NCBI RefSeq assembly: GCF_021028975.2
Contig: NC_059427.1
Coordinates: 16,864,001-16,928,000, forward strand
DNA: 64,000 nucleotides
DNA from: Sphaerodactylus townsendi
Taxonomy: Eukaryota
Reading direction: 5' to 3'
Part shown: positions 12,273-26,175 of the stretch, in pieces
How the letters are laid out: each line of letters opens with the position of its first letter
Position numbering within the stretch: the stretch's first letter is position 1
The notes under the pieces: generated by a model
Told to the model about the DNA's origin: nothing
The model's database searches: none
Seen by the model: only the letters and a program-made list of their open reading frames with translations
Translations under genes and position numbers: made by a program

Positions 12273-12346
12273 TCCCGGTGATTAGATCTGACACACATCT
12301 ACTGACTCCACTGGGGTCTGATGAGATGTCCTGCAATTATGAGGGA
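12273..12346 (+). ncRNA. SNORD96: Box C/D snoRNA SNORD96-like, second copy, RACK1 intron 2
   Basis: Stem TCCC/GGGA; box C GTGATTA; D' CTGA; C' TGATGA; guide TGTCCTGCAATT; box D ATGA. Confidence 0.88.
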
Positions 12347-13104
12347 ATATTACAGAGGAATAGGAAGATTATTCGCTTAATGTAGAGAAACATACAGTTC
12401 CAAAGACTTAAGGACGCTCAGGTTTTCTTAAGGCAGTGATTTCTGCTGATTTCACATGTCCTGCAGCAACCCGCTGAACAACTCAACATTTTGTTGCTGG
12501 GCATCTGCAGACCATCAGTAACAACATTTGGGGGGATGTGTGGGTTTTCAGTGAGAGTGAGGAATTGGCAAAAATCTTAGGAAAGCCAAAGAGCCTTAAA
12601 GTTTTTGGAACTGTGTGGTTGAATGTAGTACAGCTCCTGGAAATTAATGAACTCCTAGGGAGTAAAAATCAATTTCTGATTGGGTTTTGGAATCCATTTG
12701 TGTCATACATTTCAAGCAAGGCTCGCAGTGAGTGGGCTGAGAACTTCTAGCATACTTTTATTTTTCTTGTGTTTTGGTGGGAGGAGTGGGATGCCATTTA
12801 TACATATATCTGGAATCCAGAAATGGTGTTGCCCAAGTGCCTCTTCTAGCAGACAAAGAGAACTACTTGCTTGCTATCCCCTTTCTGGAGAAGCAGCATG
12901 AGATGCGAGGAGAAAGCAGGATTATCCCGCTCAGCTACATTTACTGGCTGCTGAATTTGCAGCAAGCGACTTTGTCCTGTTCACATGACTCCATCCCAAC
13001 TGTCAGCTCCCCTTGAAATAGGGCCTGCTGAAGCCTGTTAATGAATTTACCTTATGAACCCTACAGAGGAGACTAGGTAGAATTTTCAAGAGGTGAGGTG
13101 GTAA

Positions 13105-13362
<258 letters not shown>

Positions 13363-13769
13363 TAATGTTCCTTCAGGCCCGGCTGGCACTTTAGCCTCTA
13401 GATGAGGCACCAAGTGCATGAAGTCTAGCATGCTTGTAGCAGCTGTCGCTTCAGGGAGTTGCCAGTGTCACCCTTCAGGGAGAGAGTAGACCCTACTTCG
13501 TGGACGCTTCAGTTTTGTTACGGAAAAAGGACATTTGATCTGATTCTACTTTGGTCCGGGGGCATGTTCTGAAATTAATTTCTTTCAAAAATTTTGAGGT
13601 ATGAGGTAGTAAAGATGAAAGTAAAATTAATTTCTGTGTTAGTGGGCTTGATTTCAACAGGGCTTCAGGATTAAAAGGCTAAGCCTTTTTCAGCTCAGTG
13701 TCCTTAACTAGCTGGGCTTTAGTTTTCTTAACTTTTAAAGTGGACTGTCCCCTTCTCGCGTCTTACTAG

Positions 13770-14042
<273 letters not shown>

Positions 14043-14732
14043 TAGAGATGTGCTTTGGCAGTTCTCCTTGAAGGGCAGGAGGATGTGTTCTTCATTTTAT
14101 GTTCGAACGCTTTCTCAAAGCAGCTAACAAAAAAAAACATTTTAAAATTATAAGGAAGCACCAAGTAGCACATTCATCAGCCTGATCCCTGGCAGAAGAG
14201 AGGCAGGTTGGCAAGGCAGTGGGTCTGAGTTGCTGAATGTTGCTTAGTCCTTGATGGCAACAGGATTTTGCCTTGTAGGCTGTCAATAAAGAGAGACTGT
14301 ACGTCTCCAGAGGGGCGGGATGAATAGGAGAAGCTCTCTCCCACCTCTAGTGGGCCTATCTTGCAAAAAAAAATCCTTGATGTCTGACACTGTAAGGTAG
14401 GAGAGCTTAAGACAGTGATGTGGGGGTCTTATCTGTGCTGAATCCACCCCACCCCACCCCCCAAGTTTTCAAATTGGTAATGCAGATGTCAGTCTTTGAA
14501 AGTTTATGCCACAATATTCTTTCGAGGTTTGACATTTTTCTCTTGGGAAAGCCATTATCAGACAACCTCCACCCTTTCTCTGTAGCGGTTTCAAAGCCCT
14601 TTGTTGCTGTATCCTTTTTTCGGGCTATGTAAAATTGTCACATTGGGGGCTCACTGGATTGTCCAGCGTTTTGGTCAGATGCTGCATTTGTTCCTTGGGC
14701 ATACCAGCCTGTGTCGGCCTGACCCCCTAATC

Positions 14733-14878
14733 CAGTGGTGGCGAACCTTTGGCACTCCAGATGTTATGGACTACAATTCCCATCAGCCCCTGGCAGGATG
14801 GCCAATTGCCCATGCTGGCAGGGGCTGATGGGCATTGTAATCCATAACATCTGGAGTGCAAAAGGTTCGCCATCACGG
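14733..14878. mobile_element. Palindromic hAT MITE (URR1-like)
   Basis: Whole element is a hairpin (cagtggtggcgaacc...ggttcgccatcacgg); perfect 8-bp TSD CCCTAATC. Confidence 0.88.
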
Positions 14879-15133
14879 CCCTAATCCCTTTCAGTTTTTG
14901 AGCCTTAAGAAAGTTATCTGGATGTTTCACGTTCACTGTTCAAGGACTGAAACTGATCTTGTTACGGGAATGAAGCCAAAGGCTGATTTTCTTCGTTCCT
15001 GCAACGGACATTGTATTGAGCTAGAGAACTTCAGCTTTTTTTTTTCCCTTGGAAACCACAGCCAAGCAGATGCTTGATCGACATCCCACCGGTGGATTTT
15101 GCTGATAACCTCATTTTAGAAACTCATCTGTAA

Positions 15134-15337
<204 letters not shown>

Positions 15338-15588
15338 TAGGACCAAATTGTTCCTTGCTATACCTTCTTGTCTGGTGAACCAGCATTCTGCCCCCATTGA
15401 AAACCGTCTGACCACAGTGGGAAAGAGAATTCTGGGCACAATGGGCCCTCTTTCGAATTCAGCAAAGCTACTCATGTTCTGGTTGGACATCCTCGTGGGG
15501 GACAGGTTAAGAAGAAGGGGCCCAGAAGCAAAGAGAGATGCAGGCCTATGTGGCTTGTGCTTTTTTGCATTCTAATTGTGCTGTAGAG

Positions 15589-16165
15589 CAGTGATGGCAA
15601 ACCTTTTTGAGATCGAGTGCCCAAATTGCAACCCAAACCCCACTTATTTATCACAAAGTGCCAACCCGGCAATTTAACCTGAATGCTGAGGTTTTAGTTT
15701 AGAAAAAACCGATTAGCTTCCTCTTCCTCTGCCCCACCCGCTTGAGCAGGGGCCAGCCTGCTCTAGCCTCCATCAAGTCCCACACGCACTGCTCTGCCTC
15801 TCTAGCATCTCTNNNNNNNNNNNNNNNNNNNNNNNNNNNNNNNNNNNNNNNNNNNNNNNNNNNNNNNNNNNNNNNNNNNNNNNNNNNNNNNNNNNNNNNN
15901 NNNNNNNNNNNNNNNNNNNNNNNNNNNNNNNNNNNNNNNNNNNNNNNNNNNNNNNNNNNNNAGCACAAGCACCAGGCCCGCCAGCCGAGTCCTCCCTGCT
16001 CACCGTGGTGCGCACACGTCGTTCTCAGTGGCCCAAGCCAGCCTAGATGTGTCGGGGGGATGATTTTCTCCCCCCCCCCCACATGATGAACTCTGTGTGC
16101 GTGTGCCCACAGAGAGGGCTCCGAGTGCCACCTCTGGCACCCGTGCCATAGGTTCGCCATCACTG
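15589..16165. mobile_element. Non-autonomous hAT (Charlie-like) transposon spanning an N gap
   Basis: TIR CAGTGATGGC(A/G)AACC; perfect 8-bp TSD CTGTAGAG; inverted relative to the copy at 29317. Confidence 0.9.
15813..15961. other. Assembly gap
   Basis: Run of N. Confidence 1.
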
Positions 16166-16273
16166 CTGTAGAGCAAGAGACAGTGCTTAGAACCTCAAGA
16201 GCTGGAGCAGAGGTCCCACGGGGTTGCACAGCTGCGCAGACTTGATGTGTTGTGTCTTGCTGGATGTGGGCTT

Positions 16274-16347
16274 AGCTGTGATGAACATCACGAGCGCCAT
16301 CTGATTTGATCACTGTGCTGATACTCAGAGGCTGTTTCTGAGCAGCT
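16274..16347 (+). ncRNA. SNORD95: Box C/D snoRNA SNORD95-like (28S rRNA guide), RACK1 intron 5
   Basis: Stem AGCTG/CAGCT; box C GTGATGA; D' CTGA; C' GTGCTGA; guide CAGAGGCTGTT antisense to 28S AACAGCCTCTG; box D CTGA. Confidence 0.88.
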
Positions 16348-16681
16348 CAAACCTTGAATGGGAATATTATTTTCAGGAGTTGGGTGGCAGTAAGGAGTTT
16401 GCTACTGTGGAGGATTGGGGTGAGGTGAACGGGATTTCTGTCTACACCACAATTTTCTCACGTGCATCCCACTCCCTGGATCCTACCCAACGCTTGCCCC
16501 ACGTTTATTTTTCAGTTCTTAAAATGGTGAACGTGTTCGTTGAATTTGCTATACAAAAGTAGTTAAGAGGCCATTTGAAGCTGTGTTTCTCGAAGGCAGG
16601 GATAGGTGGCGCCGGTGAGTTTGGTTTGCTTTACAGACCACATTTTCCCACCATTCTGATGGCTTCCATTCTCCACTGTAG

Positions 16682-16975
<294 letters not shown>

Positions 16976-17944
16976 TAAAGTACAAACTGAACGGTCCGGT
17001 TTGTACTTTGCATCTGCACTGTGCAGTGAAACTCACCAGGGGGTCCTTGAGTTTCTCTGTCTCTGGCCTTCCTCACAGGGTGGTGGTTAGAATAAAATTG
17101 AGGGAAGAGCTATGCATGTTGACTTGAACTCCAAAAGAGGAAAAGGAGGATAAAAATGCATAGATTGTTTTTGTACCGTCAGAGTTTCATGTGTTTAGAC
17201 AGCACCTAGTGAAATATCGTCAAAAGGTTGTGGTGGCATTGACTGAATTATGTAAGCCATACAGCAGGGAGTCTGCAACGAGTATTAGCTACTGATAGCT
17301 CACCAACTGCTGCAGAATAGCTTGTGTATCTTCTAGAAGGCCCAGGAAATGATTGTGGAAATCATCTGGGGTGTGTGTGTGTGTGTGTGTATTTATTTCA
17401 TAAGATTGTTCTCCATGCCACTTAACTGGTAGTAGAATTTCTGGTGCTCTTTCTACTCTGGATTCTGTTTCTGGCATGGAACCCCCCAAAATGGTAATAT
17501 CCTGGTAAGGGGAGTACCTTGGGATGTTTTTATTCATGGACTACAAATCCCATCACCCCCTGTCCCATGGGCAGAGTAAATACTGCTTTGCTCATGTTTG
17601 CTTTCCCAACACAACACCCACCATTCATGCAGAAGAAAATGTAAGCAAATTTGGTGGAATATAACTCTAAATCACTGTATATAGGATTGTTTTCTTCAAC
17701 TGCCAGTGAGCTGCCTGACCCCAGAAAGCCCTAGAGGCACAAAACACAAACTTTTGGTTTTGGCATAAAGTGAGCAAATCTGAGTGTCAAAATAAGTATG
17801 TCTTCATGATTTCTTCTGGATGCAGAATCCTGGAAGAATAGACAAACTTTTTTATTTAGCGGTCACCTCTCGAGGGATGCTTGCTAGTGTAACATTCTGA
17901 AGGGAGAAATTAGATTAGGGTGAACCCATTGGATCTTGGTGTGA

Positions 17945-18165
17945 GCTAGCACGATGCAGTGGTTAAGAATATCAGACATGAATTGAGATGATCTCGGTTC
18001 CGGTTGCCACTCTGCCATGGAAGCTTGTTGGGTGAACTTGGGCCAGCTATCTCACCTCCCTCGCAGGATGGTGGTTGTGAGGTTAACACGAAGGAGGAGG
18101 GAACAGTGTTTGGGCTACTTCAGGGTCCCCACTGTCAAGACAAGTGGGGTGTTAAGCGTCTAAAT
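17945..18165 (+). mobile_element. Old tRNA-derived SINE (MIR/Squam-like), degenerate
   Basis: gatgcagtggttaaga...ggttc...ctctgccatggaagcttgttgggtgaacttgggccag...gttgtgagg. Confidence 0.55.
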
Positions 18166-18395
18166 AGGGCCTCTTCACTGCTGACATTTGCACAATTCCC
18201 CCTTGAATCATAAGCTGGATGCCGCTGAACTCATCATTTGCTTACTTCTGAGCAATGCCATTCTGACGGCTTTGTGTGTTGCCCCGTCCCCGTGTTTTTT
18301 ACTTCCCCTGGCCTCCTGCCATTTGTTGTTTGTATGAGGACGCTTTTTATATGAAAAAATACGAGGTCCCCGATTTTTGTTGTTATTTTTGGCCA

Positions 18396-18596
18396 TTAAG
18401 TCACAGATGACTTAGGGGCACCTTGTGGGATCTTCAAGACCAGATACGTTCAGAGATGTTTTGCCACTGCATGAACCTCTGTAGCAATCCCTGGCTTTCC
18501 GTGGTGGATCTCCCATCCAAACGCTGACCAGGGCCAATCTTGCTTAGCTTCCACAGTCTGATGAGATCATGGATAGCCTGGGCTGTGCATGTCAGG
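18396..18596 (-). mobile_element. 5S-derived SINE
   Basis: ctcccatccaaacgctgaccagggccaatcttgcttagcttcc is the reverse complement of the 5S head; Sauria-type tail. Confidence 0.7.
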
Positions 18597-18752
18597 AAAT
18601 CCTCCTAGGAACATAAAAGCAAGGATAGCGGGGGAATCATCTGACTTTCTGACGGGTTGGGAGCCATCACCTCCAGTGTGTCCCCATGAAGAGACCTTGC
18701 GCTGGAGATAGTCCTGCCGTGCTTCCAGTTGTTCGAACGCGAAGGGGCCTAT

Positions 18753-18821
18753 GCTATGATGAAACACATATTGCTGTCTGAACACAGTTTCTGTGTGGAA
18801 AACCAGAGGCTGTTTCTGAGC
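18753..18821 (+). ncRNA. SNORD95: Box C/D snoRNA SNORD95-like, second copy, RACK1 intron 6
   Basis: Box C ATGATGA; internal CTGA; guide CCAGAGGCTGTT; box D CTGA; ~118 nt upstream of the 3' splice site. Confidence 0.82.
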
Positions 18822-18891
18822 CTGTCGCCCTGATAACGGTTGAGATACAGTACAGTGGGGGGAGGGTGAGAAAGTAAGTCTTGGAACATAG

Positions 18892-19134
<243 letters not shown>

Positions 19135-19205
19135 TGAGTTTGTCTGTGGGTTGCATTCTAGAAGATGGGGGCTTACCAGGCATACAGGGCTCTGGAAAAA
19201 CTTGA

Positions 19206-19379
<174 letters not shown>

Positions 19380-19437
19380 GAGAGTGCAAGAGACTCAAGG
19401 CACAAGCTATAATTATGTAAAAAAAAGAAAAAAATTC

Positions 19438-19443
19438 AGTAAA
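19438..19443 (+). terminator. Probable RACK1 poly(A) signal, variant AGTAAA
   Basis: ~60 nt after the stop, followed by a GT/T-rich element; no AATAAA nearby. Confidence 0.55.
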
Positions 19444-20717
19444 AGATGTTTTTGTTTTGATGCTGAAACTGGTCTCTGTGTCCTCCTTGCCAAATACAAA
19501 GAACAGGCAAATTGAAGTTCACCAATCCCCCCCCCCCCCACCCCCGGACTTCCCATCAGAAATGTTATCCCCCTCCCCATGGCAGGGGGTGGATCCCAGC
19601 TTTGCCTTTGCAGAAAAATTTCCATACAAGTAGACTTAACAAAATGCAGGTAGGGGTTATTCTTTCCACTAGCTTTTTCCTTGCGGAGCATCTTTTCGGT
19701 TTACAAGGGAGTTTTTCACAGATGGGAACATTCCAAAAGGTGACCCTCCCCATGCAGTTTTGAAAATGGTGGATTTCACTGTACTTCTGGTCTTACACTG
19801 TACTTATTCTTTGTACATTGACTACAGTCCTACAATAGTCATGGAACACATCTTAAGTCAGCCTGCCTGATCCTGGCCAAAAGATCTTAATTCTCTGCTT
19901 TGAACCCTTCATCTCAAAAACACAGGCAAGCGGCAAGGGTGTATACTTGTTTACTTCATTTGTACCCCATTTTTCTCTCCAGTGGGGATTCACTGTTCAG
20001 TTTAGTGTATATATTAGTGAAATTATCTGCAAAATCTGAAAGTGAGTTTTTTCATGGACCCCCTCCAAAATGCAGAAAAGTCCACAGACACCACCAAATA
20101 AACATCCCCCATCAACCTGAATTGACCAGGCTTTGCTATCAGGACAAGCAGGGGTCTAGAGTTGGAAATGGCCATCTTACAATCCAATCCCACACTCAGT
20201 GGATGAAATCCAAAGCCAGAGCATTCCCAAACAGATAAGCCTCTTCAGACATGCTTACAACCTGGACAAGAAGAATATGCCTTGTTGCCCTAATAGAGAC
20301 TTAATGTGTGGAAATGGGCAAGTAAAGCTTATGATGGCATCAAGGTAAGTAACAACCCATTAAACTTCATCCAAAAGAACAGGGCATTATTCTCCAGGCC
20401 TGCCAGCAACAGAGGCACCTTTCTTCCCCTCCCCTAACTGTTTGACTGTCCTCTGTTTTAAAAGTTATATGTAAGACCCAAACCAAGAGACAGTCAGAGC
20501 TCTTTTGGGGGAGGGAATGCCGAGTCCTTCCCCTTTCTCTCACAGCAGCCCCAGGATCAGCAATGCCATTGCCAGGGATCAGACTAGGCACAAGCAATCC
20601 AGACGGCCGTATATAGACTGGTGGTAGTCGGACTGGGGCTGTGAATGGTGCCTCAAGCGTCACCCGCCCGCTTTCACCATCTGAACTCAAGACACGAAGA
20701 AGCTTAACGTGTACAAC

Positions 20718-20728
20718 TTTATTTTATT
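20718..20728 (-). terminator. Probable TRIM41 poly(A) signal (overlapping AATAAA x2)
   Basis: tttattttatt on the plus strand, ~1.3 kb after the TRIM41 stop. Confidence 0.6.
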
Positions 20729-22054
20729 CACTCAAGTTTTTTTGTCCAAAAAACTAAATTTTCATTTTAAGTCTCTTTTTTTTTAGCCAAAAATAGTTCC
20801 AAAGGAGCTCTGCAATGCCAAAAAGAACCCAAACACACATGTACACACACAAGGCTAAAGCCCCCAGCCGCCGAAGGGGGGGGGGAGTAGAAGGATTCAG
20901 CTGCAAGTGTATGAAACTACTGAGAGAAAAGCGTTTTAAAATAAGTTGCCTAAACCTCAGGGGCTAAGTGAAGACGAGGCAGCCATGGGGAAATTCTAGC
21001 ATCAAAGCTTTAGGGTGAGCTGCAGATGTGGGCCCGCTCCTTCCAGCAGCCGTGGTCGTCCAACTAACATCCAAGAACACGCGACCCTGACCAGCGAGGA
21101 CTTGCCATTGGCTGAAATACATAACCTCTACCTCACACACTGGTAGTATCTATAAACACTTGCAACCGATGCAGGAGAGAACGAAAATAACAGCCAGGAA
21201 AGAGAAAAAGGCAGCCAGGACGTTACATCAACTCACACAAGGAGAAGTGGGGAGGGACTCGGTTGCCTCTTCAAAAAATATCTGATGGCAGAAAATAATA
21301 GGAGAATGGGAAGACAAGTTAGCCTTTTTTTTTAGGAGAGAAAAGAACCAGAAGGGACGAGAGAAGTAGCTAGTGAGGAAGAAGCTGCTCCCGGGTCTAG
21401 AAGCCAGGCACGACATTTCTCCGGAAGTTGCATTTAAAATGTAGACAGCCGTTGTTAAGTGGGTTTTTTGACACTTGCTGGAAAAATTAGTTCTAACGGA
21501 CATGCTGATTCCAGGCATATTGCCGGGGGAAGAAATTTCAGAATCACAAGAAATTAATAACCTATAAACTGCTTCAGAAAGACGGGGAATCAGCAGTCCC
21601 AAGGGCTTCTTCGCTGGGGAAGATTCCCACCAAAAATAAAACTGAGGAACTGCCTGTCAGATAAGGCTTGATTCACAAACCTTCTGAGGAGGAAGTGGGA
21701 GGGGATATCCTGGTGGAAAGGGTCCCAGTGGGTAATGCTGGCAGCAGAAACCCAAAACAGGAAAAGAAAAGAGATTCTAGCAAGAATGTATCTGAGCCAC
21801 AACCATCTCTGTAGAGGAAGAAAAGAAAATCAAAACAATAGCCACATGGAAACACATTTGGAAAACAGATGGATCTCTAAAAGAAGGGGCACGAGTCCTT
21901 GCCCGAGGGAATCCACAGAGATACAGGAATCCACCAAGATCATGAATCCTGGACCAAGGGTGGTCCAAGAGGACAGGAGACCTTCGTGCACAATGGAGGC
22001 TACAGTGGGGACAGCATCCAGTTACAAGTAAGAGCAAAAGCAGCAGGAGCGGCA

Positions 22055-22575
22055 TCAATTGCAGAGCTTGATGCGGGTGCCCTTGGAGAGGATGCGGAAG
22101 AAAGGAAAGATGCGCTCCCGGAAAGTGGCATTGAAAGTGTGGATGTGGGTCATGCTTTCGGCAGTGTAGAAGCTCAGCTGGCCCCGCTCATAATCCAGGT
22201 AGACACAAAAGCGCCGGAGCTTCTCAGATGGAGAGAGGGCTGTCTGCTCGGTGGCCGTCAGTGCCTGGTATTTCTTCCCATTGGTCCCCACACACCAGAT
22301 CTCCCGCTTCTGGTGGGGACCTCCGCCGGACTTCTCTTTGCGTCTGGCCGATTCACGGGCCGCCCCCACGGCCCAGCCCCGCCGACCGCCCACCTCCACT
22401 TCCCAACAGTGGCGGCCATAGGTGAAACCCTTCAGAGCCAGCACACAGTAGTCAGAGTTGAAGCGTTTGGGGGTGTCAGGCACGTCTCGCCAGCGCTCCC
22501 CAAGTCGGACACTGCGGCAGTCTGAGGACAGAGTGAGCCGTGGATGGGCTGTCTCTGGGTCCAGGGTCAAGTCAA
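22055..22575 (-). CDS. TRIM41: TRIM41 exon 6 (PRY-SPRY/B30.2)
   Basis: [14 protein letters not shown]...[23 protein letters not shown]...[10 protein letters not shown]...[11 protein letters not shown]-stop. Confidence 0.95.
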
Positions 22576-23096
22576 CTGAGGGAAAGAAACACAAACAAGA
22601 GATGCCACGTTCACTCCTGACACAGTTTACATGGGCCAAGCGTGGAATTTCTTCAGACTCGTCTCCTGTCCTACCCAAAATGGATTGGGGCAAAGTGACT
22701 TTACTTGTACTTTGATAAAAGGAAAGAACTGTGTCTCCAGTGGGTCTCTGATGGGAATTTAGTACCTCTCAGAATTCTGGTCCATCTCAGTTGTTTAAAA
22801 TTAACACATAGATCCAAGTATGTGAATCTTACTCCTTTACATTTACCCAATCTCCCTCATTTAATTAGATTACACTACTTGTCGGACAATCCTGATCCTT
22901 CTCTCTGCATGTTAGTGGCAGACTTTCTCCTGGAAATTACTAAACGCCAGTAGATTTCCTTCGTCCTAACATGCATTTCCTGCATTGTATATGCTTTTTA
23001 ATCCATTTTTTATTATTGTTGTACTGCTGTCTATGCCAATAAAGGCTTGCTTCATAAAAAAAATTAACACATTTCTAGCTCATACAGGTGATATGG

Positions 23097-23381
23097 NNNN
23101 NNNNNNNNNNNNNNNNNNNNNNNNNNNNNNNNNNNNNNNNNNNNNNNNNNNNNNNNNNNNNNNNNNNNNNNNNNNNNNNNNNNNNNNNNNNNNNNNNNNN
23201 NNNNNNNNNNNNNNNNNNNNNNNNNNNNNNNNNNNNNNNNNNNNNNNNNNNNNNNNNNNNNNNNNNNNNNNNNNNNNNNNNNNNNNNNNNNNNNNNNNNN
23301 NNNNNNNNNNNNNNNNNNNNNNNNNNNNNNNNNNNNNNNNNNNNNNNNNNNNNNNNNNNNNNNNNNNNNNNNNNNNNNNNN
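23097..23381. other. Assembly gap
   Basis: Run of N. Confidence 1.
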
Positions 23382-25253
23382 CTGCTAATAAGGTCAGAAC
23401 AAGAATGCCCGGGTTGCAGTCCTGTCCATCCCCATCCATTTTGCATTTTATGTGTTCCCATCACTAATTAAGCTAAGGAAAAATACAAAACAAAAACACA
23501 CAAAAGCAAGCTTGCGACTCTGATAGAGTGCAGAAGTATTACTGTATTTACACAGCTATGCTCCATCAGCATAACATGACAGATGCCGAATTCTAGCATC
23601 TCTGGGAAAGAAACCTCCTTAATGCAGCCTTCCGTAATTCCTCAATTTCTAATAACAAAGTGTGAATGGAGGTATGGTTCTATAATCATTGCAGATGACC
23701 TGGCCTAGATTTAACTACCATCTGCACTCCTGACAGGAAGAGACAAAAACATTCCAGTTTGAGATAACGTCCCTGCTTTTTTAACCTGTTTAAAACATTG
23801 GTTCCTGTGCTTTCTCACTGAAGACTCTATGTACGGGCATGCGTGGATTTGCTGGAACCTGTGTTATCTGCTGAGAAACTGTTCTGGGCAGAGGACTCTC
23901 AAAATCTTTTTGGTGGGGTTTGACCAAAGAACTACTGTTTTGGTGGAAAAGTTTCTGTTCTCAGCAATGAAAATACTGGCTGAGATAAAGTACAGTGCAT
24001 AATTTACTCAGATTCTAATCCTTAAACTGTTATCTATAATTAGGACAAGTGATGTATTCTATGTAGATAATATATTTTATAATTAATAATTGCTTTTTTC
24101 CTGGTTCTGACTGGCATCTGGGCCATAATAAAGGCTGACTGGTCTTAGCTTACAAGCAAGCAAGCAAGCAAGCCTTTATTGGCATAGAGACTAGTCTTAG
24201 CTAAGAAAGAGAGTGCATCACATTTCTCTCTAACTTTTGCAGAAGTTTACCCAAAAATCTGTGTGGCTTGCCCTCAATTTTGGCAGGCGTTGTTTTTTTG
24301 GGGGGGGGAGGGGGGCGGCAGCGGGTGGGAGGCATAATCTAACAAGCAGTAGTGGAATCTGTAGCGAACCAACAATGTCCTAATCTGTGGCTTTTGAAGC
24401 CCTCACCGAAACCACCTTGGTATTTGTAATCAACTAGTTGAAGCTGCCTACCAGTTTTCACACCTTACTTAACTAACCTAACGCCGGCCTGTGCACTTTT
24501 TTGAAAAGGTAGAAGGGGTGAAAATTGATCCTCAGTGCTTTGAAGAAAACACATAAGCCTCTTGTTAATTCCCCTGACCGTTTCCATAGTGTTTTGGAGT
24601 GCTCTGAGTATATTACAAAAAAGGCGAACAGCCTTTCTGATAACTCTACAAGGTGGCTCAGTGTTTACCATCCACACACTGTAGATATAGGACTCAGCCT
24701 TCATGAAACATGGCCATCTAATGAATTTCTGAGACAGCAATGATACCCAGATTTAAAAACAGCTAGTAAACATTCCCTGAATGAACTGGGTCCAGGATCA
24801 GAGCAAGGAAAGAAGGTCCCAGAGAGGTCTCCTAGGACCATATCAGCCCTTTAAGATCTTATTTGGAGATTCTGCTACACGTTCCCTCATCTGGGCAACT
24901 GTTATGTGGGCCATGGCTTGCTTAGAAGCTGCAGTGACTATGATACTGGACCTCATCTATATCATCCTTCACGAACTAACTTAATTCCAAAAGGTGTTTG
25001 TCATTCAATGCCTATGTCTGGCAATGATTCTTCTGTTAAGTATTCTGCTAATTAGTTTGCTGGGTTTGTAGTTTGTAGAGGCTTTAAAATATATTATAGT
25101 TTAAACTTCATGTTATGGATCTTATCTGAGACCAACTTTGAAGTCTGACATACACACACCAGCCATGAGAAGTATTACAGCAAACATGACTCTTCCATTG
25201 CTATAAAGTGGGCAGAATGACAGGAAGGGGAAGGGAGCCCGGATGCTCTCTAC

Positions 25254-25381
25254 CTTGAGGGACTTTGCAGAAGAACTTCTCCATCTTCTTCATCAAGACG
25301 TCTACAAGGAAATAGTTCCGATATTTCTTTCCTGGGTCCACTGCCACCATCTCAGGATCCTGGAAAGTTAGGTTCTCACAC
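25254..25381 (-). CDS. TRIM41: TRIM41 exon 5
   Basis: 128 bp, phase 2 to 1; CENLTFQDPEMV...KKMEKFFCKVPQ; AG/GT borders. Confidence 0.9.
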
Positions 25382-25682
25382 CTGATGGAATGAACATATG
25401 AGATTCCTATGCAAGGTATGGATAGGGTAATCAACAAAGAACTGACTCGGAAAAAAATATCCATGGGAGTCCAGTTCTTGGTACCCAGCTCCATCCTGTC
25501 CTGCTCCCATTATTAATTTTAACACACAAGCATGTGACACACAACCAAGAAGAAACAGAAAAGCAGCAAGATTAAATAAAGGAAAATGAAGCAGAAAGTA
25601 AAAAACAAAAGGACTGTTGGAAAAGTTTGGAAGGTGGTATTTCAGGTGTCTGTTCCTCTTAGGCTTGTCAACTGAAAGTGTC

Positions 25683-26175
25683 ATAAGGACATAAGAACTA
25701 GCCTGCTGGATCAAACTAGAGTCCATCTAGTCCAGCACTCTGCTACTCGCAGTGGCCCACCAGGTGCCTTTGGGAGCTCACGTGCAGGATGTGAAAGCAA
25801 TGGCCTTCTGCTGCTGCTGCTCCTGAGCACCTGGTCTGCTAATTATTATTATTATTATTATTATTATTATTTATTCCACTTTTATACCGCCCTCCCCCAG
25901 AGGGCTCAGGGCGGTTCACATCATAATACAACAAGTGGGTAACAAATAAAATACTAAAAATTCATCAGTTAAAAACAGCGCTCCTAATTCAGAAACAATT
26001 AAAACAGATGGCGTTCAGCTATTAGCTCCCCAACTCCCCTAAGAGGGGGACAGCGGATCTTAGTTGTTAATGTTAATGGGCATTTGCAATCTGAGATCAA
26101 GGAGGATCAAGATTGGTAGCCATAGATCGACTTCTCCATAAATCTGTCCAAGCCCTTTTTAAAGCTATCCAGGTT
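25683..26175 (-). mobile_element. CR1 LINE 3' end interrupted by an L2 3' fragment (25843-26078)
   Basis: Both halves match the reverse complement of the CR1 3' UTR at 60380-60623; the insert has an (ATT)n tail and the L2 terminal stem ttataccgccctcccc..gggctcagggcgg. Confidence 0.85.

Noticed and set aside
14960-15005. ccaaaggctgattt resembling the SNORD95 guide
   Set aside because: Mismatched, with no box C or stem; indistinguishable from chance
22576-22693. 5' extension of the 212-aa ORF (also 42907-43093 of the ZNF ORF and 32097-32165 of TRIM41 exon 1)
   Set aside because: Intronic read-through beyond clear splice sites
22985-23471. ORFs spanning N runs (also 15699-16229 and 52767-53390)
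   Set aside because: Artefacts of assembly gaps
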